From assembly GCF_009914755.1 (NCBI RefSeq), contig NC_060929.1: a stretch of 64,000 bases of DNA. The stretch is one strand, 5' to 3'. A program made the translations under genes and the position numbers. This DNA comes from the human T2T-CHM13v2.0 reference genome, Homo sapiens. The notes under the pieces are model-generated. The model saw only the letters and a program-made list of their open reading frames with translations, had not been told where the DNA came from and searched no databases. Shown in pieces: positions 1-14,816 of the stretch (its first letter is position 1; each line of letters begins with the position of its first letter).

Positions 1-1754
1 AGTATCGCTCTGCCCAGGATATTCCAAATGCAGTGAAGTAACACCAGAAATGATGTTTTCATTTGCATCAACATAATTATGGGAGAATGGACTTATAGCA
101 CTGAATGTGATTTTAAAATGTCACTCCCAGAAGCTGGACATTTGGGCTCTCCTTCATATTGTAGAGCAGAAATCTTTAAGCTGATAAACTTGCGATAAAA
201 CAAGTGTCTAGAAGGTGGCATGATAAACTAAAATTTTACTTTATGATTTTTCTACATTTAAAAATTGTAAATATATCTTTCTAAACATATGTATGGGTTT
301 GAAGTTGCTGAGCACTTTCTTGGGAAGGATGGTGCTGCTTCCCACTCTTTAGGGATACATTGTCCTTTCATAGAGCAAGCAATGAGAAGAGATGATCATC
401 TTTTTTTCAATATCCTTTCTTGGCACAAATGAAAACTGGCAACCCTAAAGCGATCTGCCCCCTCCCTTTACACACACACAGATTTGCTTTTATTTATATA
501 TATTTTTAGCTTTTTTTTTTTTTAACTAAGTCTGTGATATCCAGAAGTCTAAAACCACTGGTCAAAATGACCAAAGACCAAAACAAAACAAAACAACAAC
601 AAAAATCCCTTTAGAGCTGGCTCAGATAATACGGTCTACTGTAAAGGACCTTAAGAAATAGCTGCAGAAGAGAAGAAAACAATAGGCTTGATCACAAACT
701 CCTTCTGAAATGAAGCTAACACATGTCCCCAGTAGCCTTCCCCCTATGAAGCATGAGCTCATCTTCCAGCATGGATAGCAGTCTTGACTAACTCCAAAGA
801 ACATTGCTGCTTAATCCCACCTAAAACAATCTCTCTGCAATACCAGCATCTTTACGTCTGCTCGTTGTCCCTCTCTGCCTAGCACGGCCTTTGTGCACTT
901 TACAATATTTATACCTCTCTGTCTGAACTGCTGGCTGGTGAGCAGACTGTCTCAGACTGTCTAGAGAGCAGGAAGCAGATGGAAAATAAATACAGATGAG
1001 GAGCTCTGGGGGCAAAGCTGCAGACGGGACAAGAGGGCCAGGAAATAAACAAACAGGAAAGAGACTGACTGGTCTTTCTGCCTTTCATCCCTGGCTCTAA
1101 GAGATAAGACTTAAACAGTAAGACGCCGACTGGGCTCGCTTTCAAATTCTACCCAGCTTCTACTTCAGGGTAGTTTTTTCGTTTCAATAGTCTATCTCTG
1201 CAGTTTTACAAAAGGATGGTTAAAATAAGCTCTTAATAAGTGATAATAATTCATTTCAAATACAATGATCATTATTACATTAGAGAGGTATAGGATGCAA
1301 GAATTTGAAACCATCTTCAACATAGTTGAATATAGTGCATGTATGTTAAAAGTAGGAGCACTGACTTAGACAGATCTTACGTGTTTTAAAGCAGAGCATC
1401 AGGTGCCCAGGTCTAGGGAAAACATGACAACACCGCCTTCGTCATTCTGCTAATGTTCCCTCTTCTCTCTTCTTTTGGCTGTCAAAGCCAGCTTTAATGA
1501 AAGAATCTCAAACCAATCATTTACGCCTCATAATAGACTTAAGTCAAAGCATTATCTCTGACCATAAGTCATTATTCTTATTGTAAATACTTTATACTCA
1601 AAGCCTGTTTGATTTATACTCAAATTCTGTTTGATTTTCCTCACTAGGAACGCCTTCCTTAAAACTTTCCATTATTGTGTGATACGCTTTTAATACCTCA
1701 CCCCAGGACCAAAGGCCTCCCTCTTGGCCTATGCTTAGGTGATTGGTATGAACA

Positions 1755-1945
1755 GCTCTGGTGCTAGATTACCCAAGTTCAAATCCTGACTTCCCCATGT
1801 GTAGTCATATGGCTTTGTCAATACTTTTTAATCTGAGTCTCAGTTTTCTTGTCTGCAAAATGAGGATGATAATAACATCACCTTCTTTATGAGATTATCA
1901 TGAAGATTAACTGTGGTAGAAATGTAAAGCTCTTGGAACAATGGG
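1755..1945 (+). mobile_element. MIR SINE relic
   Basis: MIR core-like text: gttcaaatcctgac...ctcagttttcttgtctgcaaaatgaggatgataata...gattatcatgaagattaa. Boundaries approximate. Confidence 0.75.
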
Positions 1946-2935
1946 TGACCTTTGAGGATTAGCCAATATTATTCCTGTCATTGTATGGTCAGAAATGATC
2001 AAAGTGAACATATTTTTCTTGATATTGCAGGAATTGAATTTTTAAAAGCAACTCTGCAGAAAATACTAATTTAAGAAATCTTGTATTTATTAGGTCAGGA
2101 TCTTTTCACAGAATTCTGTCTCCAAGGTTGTTTTATATCACATAAGATTTTTTGGTGACATTTTTTAAAGTATAGTAACTTAAAGAACCTTTGGGTAGAA
2201 ATAGCTGAAGGACAAGAAAGTCTCTTAAGTTTTCAGGTTTTTTTTTTCAATATAGAAAATAATAATCTCTTGTTACTAATCTAAAACCTTAATATATTTC
2301 CTATATCTTGATTCAATACATGCTTTGTTTCTACAAAATCTGTTTTAATCTCTCTGTGTTATCAATGTAAAATATCATTGAATAAGTTTTTTGAGGGGAA
2401 GAAACGCCATAGAATGAGTTAGCCAAAGATAGAAATGGTTCCCTTTATCTTAAAATACATTTTGCAACACCTAACATCTACAACATGGCATAATGGCCAT
2501 CAGAGAAGGAAACTGTGTCTACTGCACAATGTTTTCTGGCAGCAACAAGATGGGTCCCATTTTTCCAAGATCTTATTGTTACTCTAGGCCATCTAACAAG
2601 ATGTCCTTTGGTACAAAGTCTTACCTCAAGCAAATACACTTAAATGTCAAAGGATCATAAGAGTCCTGGAGGGAAAGGAGCAGAGAAGTTCCTGTACCTC
2701 TGAAATCACCCAGTGTAAGTGGCAATCTGCTTGGTCTTCACAAATAAGGCTGGCAGCAGGCAAGGATTAATTCTGATGTAAATTAACTACATTTCTATTT
2801 TGATTAAATATAAACTTGTTAAAATTAAAATAGCTGTTCTTCTTGCTTGGATTTCAATTTGTAACTGTGAAAGAGAATAAAGTTTGAGGAGCAGTGCTCT
2901 CAACGTTATCTTTCTGAAGGGACAGGGTTTTATAG

Positions 2936-3001
2936 AATGCCCAGTCCAACCCCACCTTCCTGTCTTCCAATGCCCAGTCCAACCGCAGCTTCCCATCTTT
3001 C
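2936..3001. repeat. 33-bp tandem duplication (2 diverged copies)
   Basis: aatgcccagtccaaccccaccttcctgtcttcc followed by aatgcccagtccaaccgcagcttcccatctttc. Confidence 0.8.
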
Positions 3002-5302
3002 CTTCTGGTCGAGTCATGGAGCCACTTGGTGTGTCTCCTCTGCAAAGCTCCAATCAGAATATTTAATTGTCTACAAAGGATGTTCTATGGATTATCTGTC
3101 AAGTGTTTTGGGACTATTAACTACTTGATAAATGCTAATAAGATGCATCAAGGAAGCTGATATTATTTGTTCACCTAACATATATTATTCCATCTCTCTG
3201 TATAATTACGTTAGGTTTTATTGTTGTTTACAGAGACTAGTTTTTAAACAGTATTGCAACTCTATATTGTCCTCCAAATAATCATCATATTTCAATTATA
3301 AAGTCTTGCATTTTTCAACTGTCATTGCTGAGTTGATCTTCAGGGACTGTATTAGGATCAGAGAAAAGGCATATGCCTAAGCCTTAGGTTTGAGTGATAA
3401 TCACCAAGACATAATAAGCCTGCGAGTTGAAACAGAGACAGTTTAATAGTTACTTTAAAGAAAGAAGATCAGCTGGGAATCTGGGAAGAAAAGCTGGGCT
3501 GAATGGGAAAGTAGGAATGATGAATATATTCTAAGCTTCAAATTAAATCCAGCAATTAAACCAAAGACCTTATGAGTGCTTTAGAAGAAATTTTAGAAAA
3601 TATAGACTTTGCAGTTTCTTTGATTTCCATCTCTCTGACTCTAAACATATTTGAAACAAGCTACATAAGATTCATTGCAAATGTATCTCTCCTAAGGATT
3701 TTTTTTAAAGGCATACTGCACTTACCCAACTTTTCCCTGGGAGAAAAAAATAAATATTTTATTCCTTATTTGGGCTACAAAATGTCCAGCTCCATTCCCA
3801 CCCTGGCCCTGACTCATTCAGAGCCCTTAAGCAGGTCCTTGAACCTATATGTCCGTCACATTCCCCACCTCCACCTGTAAAAATACAATAAAAGCAACTG
3901 GCTAGTTCCTACCTCACAAGGAAGTCATAAAGATTAGAGTTAGAACATTGAACTTCAAAGATGAAAGACTCAATATAAATTCCAAGCATTATTGTCAAGA
4001 TCTCAGTGTGAATTAACAGAAATGTACTGCTTAGGCAATTGCTACCTGTCAGCAGATCTAAACCAGGCTGACCTTGATATGCCCAGGGAAGGGCAGGAGC
4101 GCCTGAGACCAAGAAGCACATTTTCTCAGAGCCAATGTAATTGTCTTAATTATCCATACTTGGTAGCTCACCATGATTGCATTTCTTGTTTTTCTGAAAG
4201 ACTGAATACTATAATATAATGCATACCTGCTATACACCCTATCCCCACCCCAATAAAAAAAATAAACATTTATTCTCTACCTACAGTGTTCAAGGCTGCA
4301 CTAAAGATTGGAAATACAGAAATTAATATATAGTTCTTTCATCTTCAGAGATCACAATTAAAACAAGAGAACTGTGCATTCTCTATTTAGTCTCTAGAGA
4401 GCTGAGTCTCCCAAGAGCTTAAAGCATCCCAAAGCAAGATTTTACACAAAAAAAAGTCCAATAATTTTGTAGCTGGCTTTCATTAGCAATGACTGCCTCA
4501 GCCCATGACATGTACTATGACAAATCAAAATTTTGCACACTTTCTTCTCTGTATCTACAAGGGTTACAAATTATTACTAAAGTTATTTTTAAAGGGCCTA
4601 AGGTATTAATACCATCATTCTATTCTCAGAATTACTAAGCTCAGAGGCATCCTTCATCCCAGTTGATGAATGCTTACACAAATGTTTGACGTCTCATTAG
4701 CCTCGAGATGATTTTTAACATGGCCAGGGGTGTAGAGAACAGAGTCCTCTGTGTGTGTGTGAGCACGTGCCTAATTGCCCGACTCCTGACTTGGGCCCCC
4801 TCACTTCTTCTTACTGTTTGGTAGTGAAGGAATGAATGGCAAGTTAGGGTGCTGCCTGGGAAATATCATCAATCTTAGCCTAAGTCATTTTGAGCAGCTG
4901 TTCATATCTGTTTTAAAGATATCCAGGCCCTGGACTCCCTTGGAAATATAATTCCAACATCTGACCCATTTAAAGTTGGAAAAACCTTTCCTATGTGGAA
5001 ATGGAGAATAACAGTTCAGCTTGCTTCTCTAATAACTTGGAAGTAATTATTGTCACATCTTTAGTTTCCTAACTTCTATCATTAGAGTTTGGTTTTTCTC
5101 AAAGGACATCTAATTCTTGGGGTTTTTTTCCTCCAAATTCCCTCCAATTTTTTCCTTGTGTCTTTTAAAAATACAGATTAAAGCTAGCGGGGAGAATGTG
5201 AGTATCCATTTCCTCATCTGTGAAATGAGACAAGATGATTCCTAAGACTCCTTTTTGCTCAAAGATCTTAATTCTTGAGAAACTTTACACAATAGCCTAA
5301 GC

Positions 5303-5522
5303 CAGGGATCAGTAATCTTCTTCTGTAAAAAGCCAGGTCGTCAACATTTTAAGCTTTATGGCCACATAGTCTTTCTTGTAACAACTCAACTCTGCCGACT
5401 TAGGGCAAAAGCAGCCATAGATAATACTTAAAGCAAATGATCATTCCTGTGTTCCAATAAAGCTTTATTTACAACTACAGATGACATGCTGGATTTGGCC
5501 TATGGGCCTTAATCTGCCCCTG
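5303..5522 (-). mobile_element. MER58A-like hAT-Charlie non-autonomous DNA transposon
   Basis: cagggatc...cccctg termini; internal caactcaactctgcc, aaagcagccatagataat, gtgttccaataaagctttattt; degenerate 8-bp flanks gcctaagc/gtctaaaa. Confidence 0.8.
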
Positions 5523-5672
5523 GTCTAAAAGAAAAAAAAAAAGAAAAAAACAAGCTCTATATCTCCATACCACCCTTCCTGTCCCTGTGTTCAGGCTCAG
5601 ATTTTCTGAAATGACCCACAATCATTCAGCCATTAGTGAACCCGGAAATCCCTCAATTGCCTATGTTTATAA

Positions 5673-5701
5673 TACACACACACACACACACACACACACA
5701 C
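5673..5701. repeat. (CA)n microsatellite
   Basis: Run of ac dinucleotides. Confidence 0.95.
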
Positions 5702-5914
5702 GGGGGAGGGTGAGAGTGGAGAGCCAAACTTGAACAGCAGAATGTCTTCTGCTTTTTGTTGTTTTTACAAAAAACCATTCCTGACTTTCAGGATAAGAAG
5801 AAGCCTACATTTTTACTTACAGTGTTTTATAATGAGACTCAACTTTTACATTTCTTGGGCCATATTTACCAGCAATTCTGACCATACAGTGAGTAGGAAA
5901 AGTAAGTAAGGTCC

Positions 5915-6053
5915 ATAGACCAGTAGCCTCAGCATCACCTGGGTGCTTCTTGGAAATTCAGTGTCTTGGGCCCCACCCCAAACCTACTGAATCAGAACCT
6001 CCATCTAATCAGATCCCCATGCAACTCCTATGCACATTCCATTTGAGAAGCAC
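5915..6053. mobile_element. MER5A1/MER5-family hAT fragment
   Basis: agcatcacctggg...ggccccaccccaaacctactgaatcagaa...gcacattccatttgagaagcac. Confidence 0.75.
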
Positions 6054-6339
6054 ACAAGGTCCTGGCAAAAAAAAAAAAGATGTCAACCTCAGATGGAGTG
6101 AATGGAGAGGTGACAATGAAGGGATGGCTTAGTGGGGTGTGGCAAGAGGTAGATGAAGAAAGGGATGGGAGGAACCTTTGGACTAGAAATAGCTGCAGTC
6201 ATTACAACCACTGGGGCTGAAGGGATATACAGGAGAAATTGTGATACCCGAGTCCATTTTGCACTGGAGTCCTGGAGGAGGGGCAGCCTGGTGAAGCTGT
6301 CTTTGAAGAGGAGACAGCAACTTCTGTAGACACATCACC

Positions 6340-6520
6340 AGAGCAGGGAGCAACTACAGAAGAAATAACCCAAGCTGTCTGCACTCCTGCCTGCCAGGCT
6401 CTTGCTGGTATCTTCCACTGGCCAAACCTAACCAGAAGATAGGGGGCCCAGGAGATGCAGTCCTCAAGGCCCAGGCTTCAGAGCACAGAGCATACAGTCA
6501 GGGAAGGAGCAGAGAACAAC
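6340..6520. mobile_element. Ancient ERVL-type LTR fragment (subfamily uncertain)
   Basis: ccactggccaaacctaaccagaag...ggagatgcagtcc resembles a block seen in old ERVL/MaLR LTRs. Confidence 0.4.
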
Positions 6521-7130
6521 CAGCCCAGCCAGAGGGTGCTTCCCACTGGGGTCTGGGTCCCCTGGAGCCCTAAGCTGGCATCCCTTCAGCTGGTGGTTCT
6601 CATCTGCCATTGTCACTGGCACTGGTAGCTCTGTGTCCTCAGTTAACATTATAGTGTTTGCTTCTCCTTTTATTCAGAATGCAAAATTGCTCAACTTGTA
6701 TTATTGCCCAAACTAAAACACCATTAAAAGAAAAAAAAAAAACGTTATATATCTCCATGTCACCTCAAGAAGCCCACACCTCAAAATGGTTTTGTCACTC
6801 CCTAATGCCAGTTAAATTACAGCATGCCTGTTTTAAGCCATCAAAGTAGCCAGTCTGTGGGAAGTACTGCCTGCCTAAGCTGGCAACGAGCTTGGCTCAG
6901 AGAAGACCGCTTTTCTCTCTCTTCTACCTGCAGCAAATTCCCTGAGATGGTTTTCAAATAAGACTTCACTTTGTTTCCTGGCATACACAGTGGATCAAGT
7001 TATTTCTAAGTAAAATATAATAATCAACAGTGTTGAAAGAGTAAAGAAAGGAGGTAGTAAGTACTGCCCCTTAGTCACCCTGTCTTTAGGCAAATAACTT
7101 CATATTACAGTTTCAATATCTAAGATGGAG

Positions 7131-7531
7131 CATTAAAATAATTAATTGGGAAACCATTAGACTGAGGTAGCCCTACTGCCAGGTTCCCATGTAAGCAAAC
7201 CCAAACTCAATTCAATGTGAACTGCCATATCCCAGAAAGTGAAACTTATGTTTTCCCAATCAGAAACTGCCAACTAGCCTCTAACTATGGACTTTACCAA
7301 TTAGAAACCACCAACTATCTTCTAACTATGGACTTGGAGGTTATTGCTCCACTTTAACCAGTCAAATATTTTCTTTGCCTTGCCTCCTAGTTTTGCTTAT
7401 AAAAACCTCACCCAACCCCTCTTCGTTGGAGCCCCAAACTATCTGCATCCTGGAGCTGCCTGATTCATGAATCCCAATCTGTTCAAATAAACTCTTCAAA
7501 ATTTTAATATGCCTCAGTTTATCTTTTAACA
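7131..7531 (+). mobile_element. Solo LTR, LTR47-like, inserted into a MIR
   Basis: Starts (ca)ttaaaataattaattgggaaaccattagactgagg and ends atcttttaaca. Contains CCAAT repeats, tataaaa and aataaa. MIR-like sequence lies on both sides (atctaagatggag / gggataataataataatacctacctcata). Confidence 0.65.
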
Positions 7532-8419
7532 GGGATAATAATAATAATACCTACCTCATATGTTTAAAACAAAGGAAATAGCAGTGTATCAGAAGGTTAA
7601 AAAAGAAATGATATAATAAAAACACTTAGCTGGGCTAATAGATATAACTTAGTACCATGATTGATATTTAGCAATATTTCAAATGCTACTAGAGGAGTTT
7701 TTCATTGCTCCAAGCTAACCTCCACTTCCATGTTATCAGGAAAAGGCCCTGTCAAATACATCATCTTTGCTCAGGGACAGCATGTCTTCCCTTTATCCCA
7801 TCAGGCCAATCTGAGTCATATGAACAACCCAGAGAGAAACCACAGGGTCCTCTTCCTCCCCGTTCTGGGTCTAACAACAACAGCCCCGGGTAGGAAACTC
7901 ATGGGATCTCCACCTTCCAGCCTCATGCGACTGTCTGGCTTTTCAGAGACAAGGTGTCTCCAACGTAAAACCACAGGACCCCAGCACTACCCACACCACC
8001 CACCTGTCCCAAAGAGAAAGCATATGCATGACATCACTTCCTGTTCTCCTCTTTTGGGTTCCCATCCATTTTCTCCTAGAAGAGGCCAGAGTTCAGGCTT
8101 TGTGTGCAGGAGTTAGGGAGGAATGTTGGCAAAAAAGAAAAAGCTGGGGCTGGGGGTTGACCCCACACCCTCCCTGTCTTTTCTGTTTTCAGATAACTTT
8201 GACCAATCATTTACTTGCCAACTCCCTACACCTCCCCCTACATCTCCCATTATATATTCTTGTAGCCACCTACAATCCTTGTCTGAAGACATTACAGTAT
8301 GGTAGGACAGATAGGGTTTTATTTGGCTTTTTTTGGCTTTTTTTTTTTTTTGCATCATTGGATGACACAAAAAGTGAAATAAACGGTACTGGGGTGCATG
8401 AATTGCAAAACAAAAGCAA

Positions 8420-8670
8420 AGAAAGACAAAGAAAGAAAGAAGGGGAAATAAGGAAGAAAGGAAGGAGGGAAGGAAGGAAGGAAAAAAGGGCGGTAAGGGC
8501 AGAGAAGGAAGGGAGGGAAGGGGAGGAGAAGAGAGGGGAAGGGATGGGGGAAAGGAGGGGAAGGGAAGTGAAGGAAAGAAAAGGGAAAGGGAGAGGGGAA
8601 GAGGAAGGGAAGTGGAGGGGAAAGGAAGGGAAGGGAAGGAAAGAGAAGGGAAGGGGAAGGGAAGAATAAG
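8420..8670. repeat. GA-rich polypurine low-complexity tract
   Basis: About 250 bp that is almost entirely A/G (ggaag/gggaa variants). Confidence 0.95.
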
Positions 8671-8678
8671 AAGGTCCA

Positions 8679-9102
8679 TGTACTAGGCTGTTCTCTCATT
8701 GCTATAAAGAGATACCTGAGACTGGGTAATCTATAAGGAAAAGAAGTTTAATTGGCTCATGGTTCTGCAGACTGTACAGGAAGCCTGATGCTAGCATTGC
8801 TTGGCTTTTGGGGAGGCCTTAGGAATCTTACAATCATGGTGGAAGGCGAAGGGGATGCAGAAATATCACTTGGCAAGAGCAAGAGAGTGAGGGGGGAAAT
8901 GCTTTAAACACACCTTTTAACAATCAGATTTCATGAGAACTCACTCACTGTCATGAGGACAGTACCAAGACGGATGGTGCTAAACCATTCATGAGAAATC
9001 TGCCCCCTTGATCAAATCACTGCCCACCAGGCCCCACCTCCAACACTGAGGATTAAAATTTAACATGAGATTTGGGTGGGGACACAGATCCAAACCCTAT
9101 CA
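8679..9102 (-). mobile_element. MSTA-like MaLR solo LTR
   Basis: tgtactagg...gagactgggtaat...aatcatggtggaaggcgaaggg...catgagatttgggtggggacacagatccaaaccctatca. Confidence 0.85.
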
Positions 9103-10039
9103 GTTGGACACTTCAAAATAATTTCAATTTGATATTTCAAAACTGTTCCCAATTAGTCATCAGAGCAAAAATACTAGAATCTCGTTGAAGTTCCTTATAC
9201 AGTTTTTATGGTTTAATATTGTTTTCATTTAAAATTATATTAGAGGAGGTGATTCCATTCTCAGCATGCCTGCACCCCAAATTAGAAAAAAGTAGATAAC
9301 CTCAATTGACCTGGGAAGACCTGGAAGGTATCGTGTGGACCACTTCAAACCCTTACTGTACCATTGTAGGCAGGCAAAATGACTCACTAGAAATCACCCT
9401 ATAAGTCCGCCAAGTGCTCAGGGCATCTGCCCATCAAATCTGTATTCATTTCACCCATACTCTTATTCTCAGGACAAGCAGGTGGTGTTTGTTTTTCAAA
9501 AATTCAACACAAATATCAGCCACAAAAATTACCTGAACGAAGAGGAATCCAACTGCTTACTTTGTTTGAATCGAAGCTCTCTTTCAGAGTGCTTGGTACC
9601 TGGAGGTCACATACTTCCTATGTGAAGTAAAGGATCCCAAGACAAAAAGTGTTATTCAATGTGTGTGGATGAATTGCAAAATCTCGGTTACCTGGCACTA
9701 CTACAAGGAGTTGCCACAGTCAGCAAGCTTATTGGGTAACTTTTGCAAATACTCATTTGACTCATTAAGCATGTTTTCTTTTGTATATTAGTGTGCAAAA
9801 GTCACAGGAAAAAATTACTTAGTAGGAGTGTGTCCTTGAGTGCTGTTTAAATAAGATTTTCTCACCATTACTTGGAAAGAAGAAGACACATAAATGAAAA
9901 CTATATTAATAGACAATCTCCTCCAACAATTTTTGCACATCTTTTGATTTTTTTAATGCAGATTCTTGACCAAAAAGTGAATATAAATAGTGGAAAAACC
10001 ACCAAACTGCAATTTCCATGTTATACTTATAATATATGT

Positions 10040-10875
<836 letters not shown>

Positions 10876-12362
10876 CATGTTATTCTAATTTTCTTTATTG
10901 AAATGCCTTCCTCTATCCAAGATGACCATTCTTTCAACCTAGTATGCATTTTTGAGAGCTGTTGTTAGCCTGGTGACAGAGAGAGTGGGCAGCTCCCCAT
11001 CTCCATCCACTAAGCCAACTCTGGCAAATCAGTAGTTGCAAGACAAGAGTTGCAGCCTGAACACACTTGTGTTCTTTTTTTAATACTTCTTTATTTTATA
11101 AATTTTTAAATGTCTATGGCTTCTTTGAAAAAGAGGGAGGCTGTCTTCACCATGAGAATGTACGGGATGAAATAGCAATTCAGTAGCAGGAGAAAAATGG
11201 CCACCCTGTGTGGAGAAAGAAGTCTCAGGACCACCCATGGCTGCTGGGGAAGACTGAAGGGAGCTCCTTTGATAAACAAAGATATCCAGGATGGAGAGTA
11301 AGTGAAGAAATGAAATAGAGGACAGACAGGATTCATGTAGGAGTGAGGACCAGGCCTTCTTTAGGATCCTGAGGCACAGGAACCCAAGAGTTGCTGATAC
11401 AGAGTAGCCAAAATTATGGAATTTACAGTGCGGCCTCTAGGGAAACTTGGCCAAGGCCATAGAGGGAAGATAGGAAGCAGATCCCTAGTGAAAACCCAGC
11501 TTCCATTAAAATATCTCCCATGGAGAGGACAAGTCTCACAAGAACTTGGCCACAAACTGAAGAGGTGCAACCAGCATCCAGACAGAAAAGACTCTCCTTG
11601 CCCCAGAGATCAGTGAGCATCTGAAGGCTGGATCAAAGCCCAGACCTAGAGAGCAGATGTTAAATGGAGTCTCCAGAAGGCCTCTAGCCCCAAGAGACCC
11701 AGCACAGAGCATTAAAGGTGGATCAGTACACATGGGGATCATTCCAGCAAATAGGCTGTGTGAACTCAACAAGACTTGGCAAAGACCTTGCCTGAGCTGG
11801 TCATCTCAGAGGGCCTCACAGCCCATCCAGGCTCAGTCACCCACAGGAGCCAACTGTTCATGCCAGATTTCAGTGTAAGGGAAGAAAAGGAGAAAAGAAA
11901 ATGGCTGGAACCAAGGAGTTCTGAAATAAAAGGACATTTCCTTGCATTCTCTCATAAGCCATTTTCACCTTCATTTGGTATCTTCAAAGAGTGACACCCA
12001 GATCTTACCAAGCGGGAGCAGCAGACACGATTCCCTTTGATCCATGTGATCCTTTTCATCCATTTGAAAATCCTTCATGTGGCATCGATTTGATTAGTTC
12101 ACATTATTAACCCATGATTGTGTTCTTACTTCATACTCAGCTCTGCACCCAGAACTGAGACACAAAAAGGGCCAATTCCCTGCCCTCCCTAACCTCAGGG
12201 AGCTTACATCTAGTGAGGAAACAAAAAATTAAAGGGACAGTTACACAAAAGAATGACCAGGGCTACAAGAGAAAAAAGTTTGGGGTGAATTAAAGGCACA
12301 GAGAAGTTTGTAACGCAGGAGCAATATGTAACCCAGAGGATCAGGACCACTCAATATGTTTT

Positions 12363-12898
12363 TGTTAGTTCCCTCTTGCTGCTTAAATGACTTAAAACAA
12401 TACGACTTTATTATCTTAGACTTCCGAGGGTCAGAAGTCCAAAAATAGATCTTAAGGGACTAAAACCAAGGTGTCCAGTGCTGACAGGACTGCATTCCTT
12501 CGGAAGGCCCTGCAGAGATTTTGTGCCTTTGTCAGTTTCTGGAGGCCATCTGCTGCTTTGGCTCAGGGCCTCCTTCCAGTGATGGCATCACTCTGACCTC
12601 TGCTTCTACCATCACACCTCCTTCTCTCCCCTGCTCTCATCATCTTCTGATTCTGACACTCCTACCTTCCTTTTAGAAGGATCCTTATAAGATGCTTACA
12701 TTGGGCCCACCCAAATAATCTGTGATCTATCTCCAATCTCCCATCTCAAGATCTTTAACGTGATCACACCTGCAAAGTCCCTTTGACCTGTAAGATAAAA
12801 TATTCACAGGTTTCAGGGATCAGGACATGGCCATCTTGGCAGGGGCAGTGGGTTAAGGGGAGTAAGGAGTTGGAAGGTGGCATTATTCTGTCTACCAT
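12363..12898 (-). mobile_element. MLT1D-like MaLR solo LTR
   Basis: gggtcagaagtccaaaa...cattgggcccacccaaataatc...acctgcaaagtccctttg...attattctgtctacca. Confidence 0.75.
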
Positions 12899-12936
12899 GT
12901 AGTTAATTCCTTTTAAAAAAAAAAAACCCCCTTTGC

Positions 12937-13304
<368 letters not shown>

Positions 13305-14816
13305 TTATTTTATCAAAGAAATAACTCATAAATCTTTATCTTCTGAAAACTAGCCACAAATCATCTAAATTATATGTTAACATTATATGGATAACATCAA
13401 ACATCAGAGGCCTTCTATACCGCCTCTGCTTCTTTTACCATTTCTAATTTCTCCAAAATGTTCCCATGGCAGATGACTCTGATTCTCACATGCTGATCTT
13501 CTCATATTCCAGTCCCTTTTTCTCTTATGGTGGAATCCCATAAGCAGACTCAACTTTTCACAAACTGATAACACGAAGTAGTCAATTTCACTTTATGAGT
13601 TAGGTATAGGAATAGAATTCAGAATTATTTCCAGAAATTATTTCTTGGTATCTATAAAATCATGTGTTGAAAGTCTACAGTCCTCTATCATAATTGTATT
13701 TATATCACTGTGGTGTGTGAGGGGAAAAAAGGAAAAATGTAATCTAAACTGGAACCAAGAAGTCGTTTCACCCAAGATTAACCCAAGATTACACAGATTA
13801 TTAATGGTATGACCTGGTCAAAACCCACAGCCTCTGGACTCCAGAACAAGTGCTCTTTGCCCTAGCCACACTATTCTGCCATTCTTCTCTTTCAGATTAA
13901 AAAAAAAATTTGGTAGAAATTTACACATTAATGATACACATTAATGACTTCAAATACTTGTCCTAATTGTCCTCTTTATTAAAAAGCTCCCACCACTAGT
14001 CCTGACTGGTGTTCCATAAAGGGTCCTTCCTGCTGGTTGATGTTTGACTCTGTGAAATATAAACAAGTTTCAACAAGAGGACAGAGAATTTGTAATCAAC
14101 ACACCTTGGCTCCTGTTCAGAACGACCATGCCTGTCACTTGATATTTTTGCAGGAAATGGATATTGGAAAGAAATATCACACTTCATTTAAAAGCAGAAC
14201 AACAGATGTAGGGGCAATGGTGTCAATGAGAATCAGTTACGTATCTGATGAAAGTCTTTGTGAATCTCAAATAATAACAATATGGCAATCCTTTTACTTC
14301 TCTTTAGAATTCCCCAGGACCCTCCTCCAAACCCCCTCCCTATTTCATCTCTTCGTCACAGCCAGATGGCCTCAGCAGCTACTGTGCAGAGGACACCAAC
14401 ACTGTCCCTCACCAGCTACCTTCACATTCCTCCTTCCCACCTCGAAAACACTTTTACCCTCACTCAGCTCCTCTCCCTTTCCCTCAGTGACAACCCCTCT
14501 TTTTTGGATATCGTGCCTTTGCTCAGCTGGCTGCTTCCCCTTGATCTACTGGTACGTTGAAATCCCAACTACTCAGCATAGTGTGCAATGCAACTCATAA
14601 GTGCCTTCCAAGTCAATGCTACGCTTATAGTGTTCTCCAATCCAGCTGTGAAGCTCACTGAGATCCCCCCATTCCTTTGCACCCACTGTTTTCTCTGCCT
14701 GGAAGGCCATTCCTCCATTTTTTGCCAGAAAACTCCTAATCATCCCTCAAAGCCTAGCTCAGCATTGACCTCTGTGATGCTGTTCCCAACCATCGGCCAT
14801 CTTCAGTGAAAGTTAA

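Noticed and set aside
61-68. Octamer ATTTGCAT
   Set aside because: A single 8-mer without a good adjacent SOX site, expected by chance in 64 kb.
4805-4832. Short hairpin that might be a miRNA precursor
   Set aside because: The stem is too short and imperfect, and I recognise no known mature miRNA.
7661-8116. 151-aa ORF
   Set aside because: Non-ATG start, no recognisable protein motif and no convincing splice context.
8028-8699. Overlapping ORFs of 213, 188 and 114 aa
   Set aside because: They are translations of the GA-rich low-complexity tract (K/E/G/R or F/P/S/L runs), which has few stop codons by composition.
14037-14600. 187-aa ORF
   Set aside because: No recognisable domain, and its second half runs through pyrimidine-rich L2-like relic sequence.
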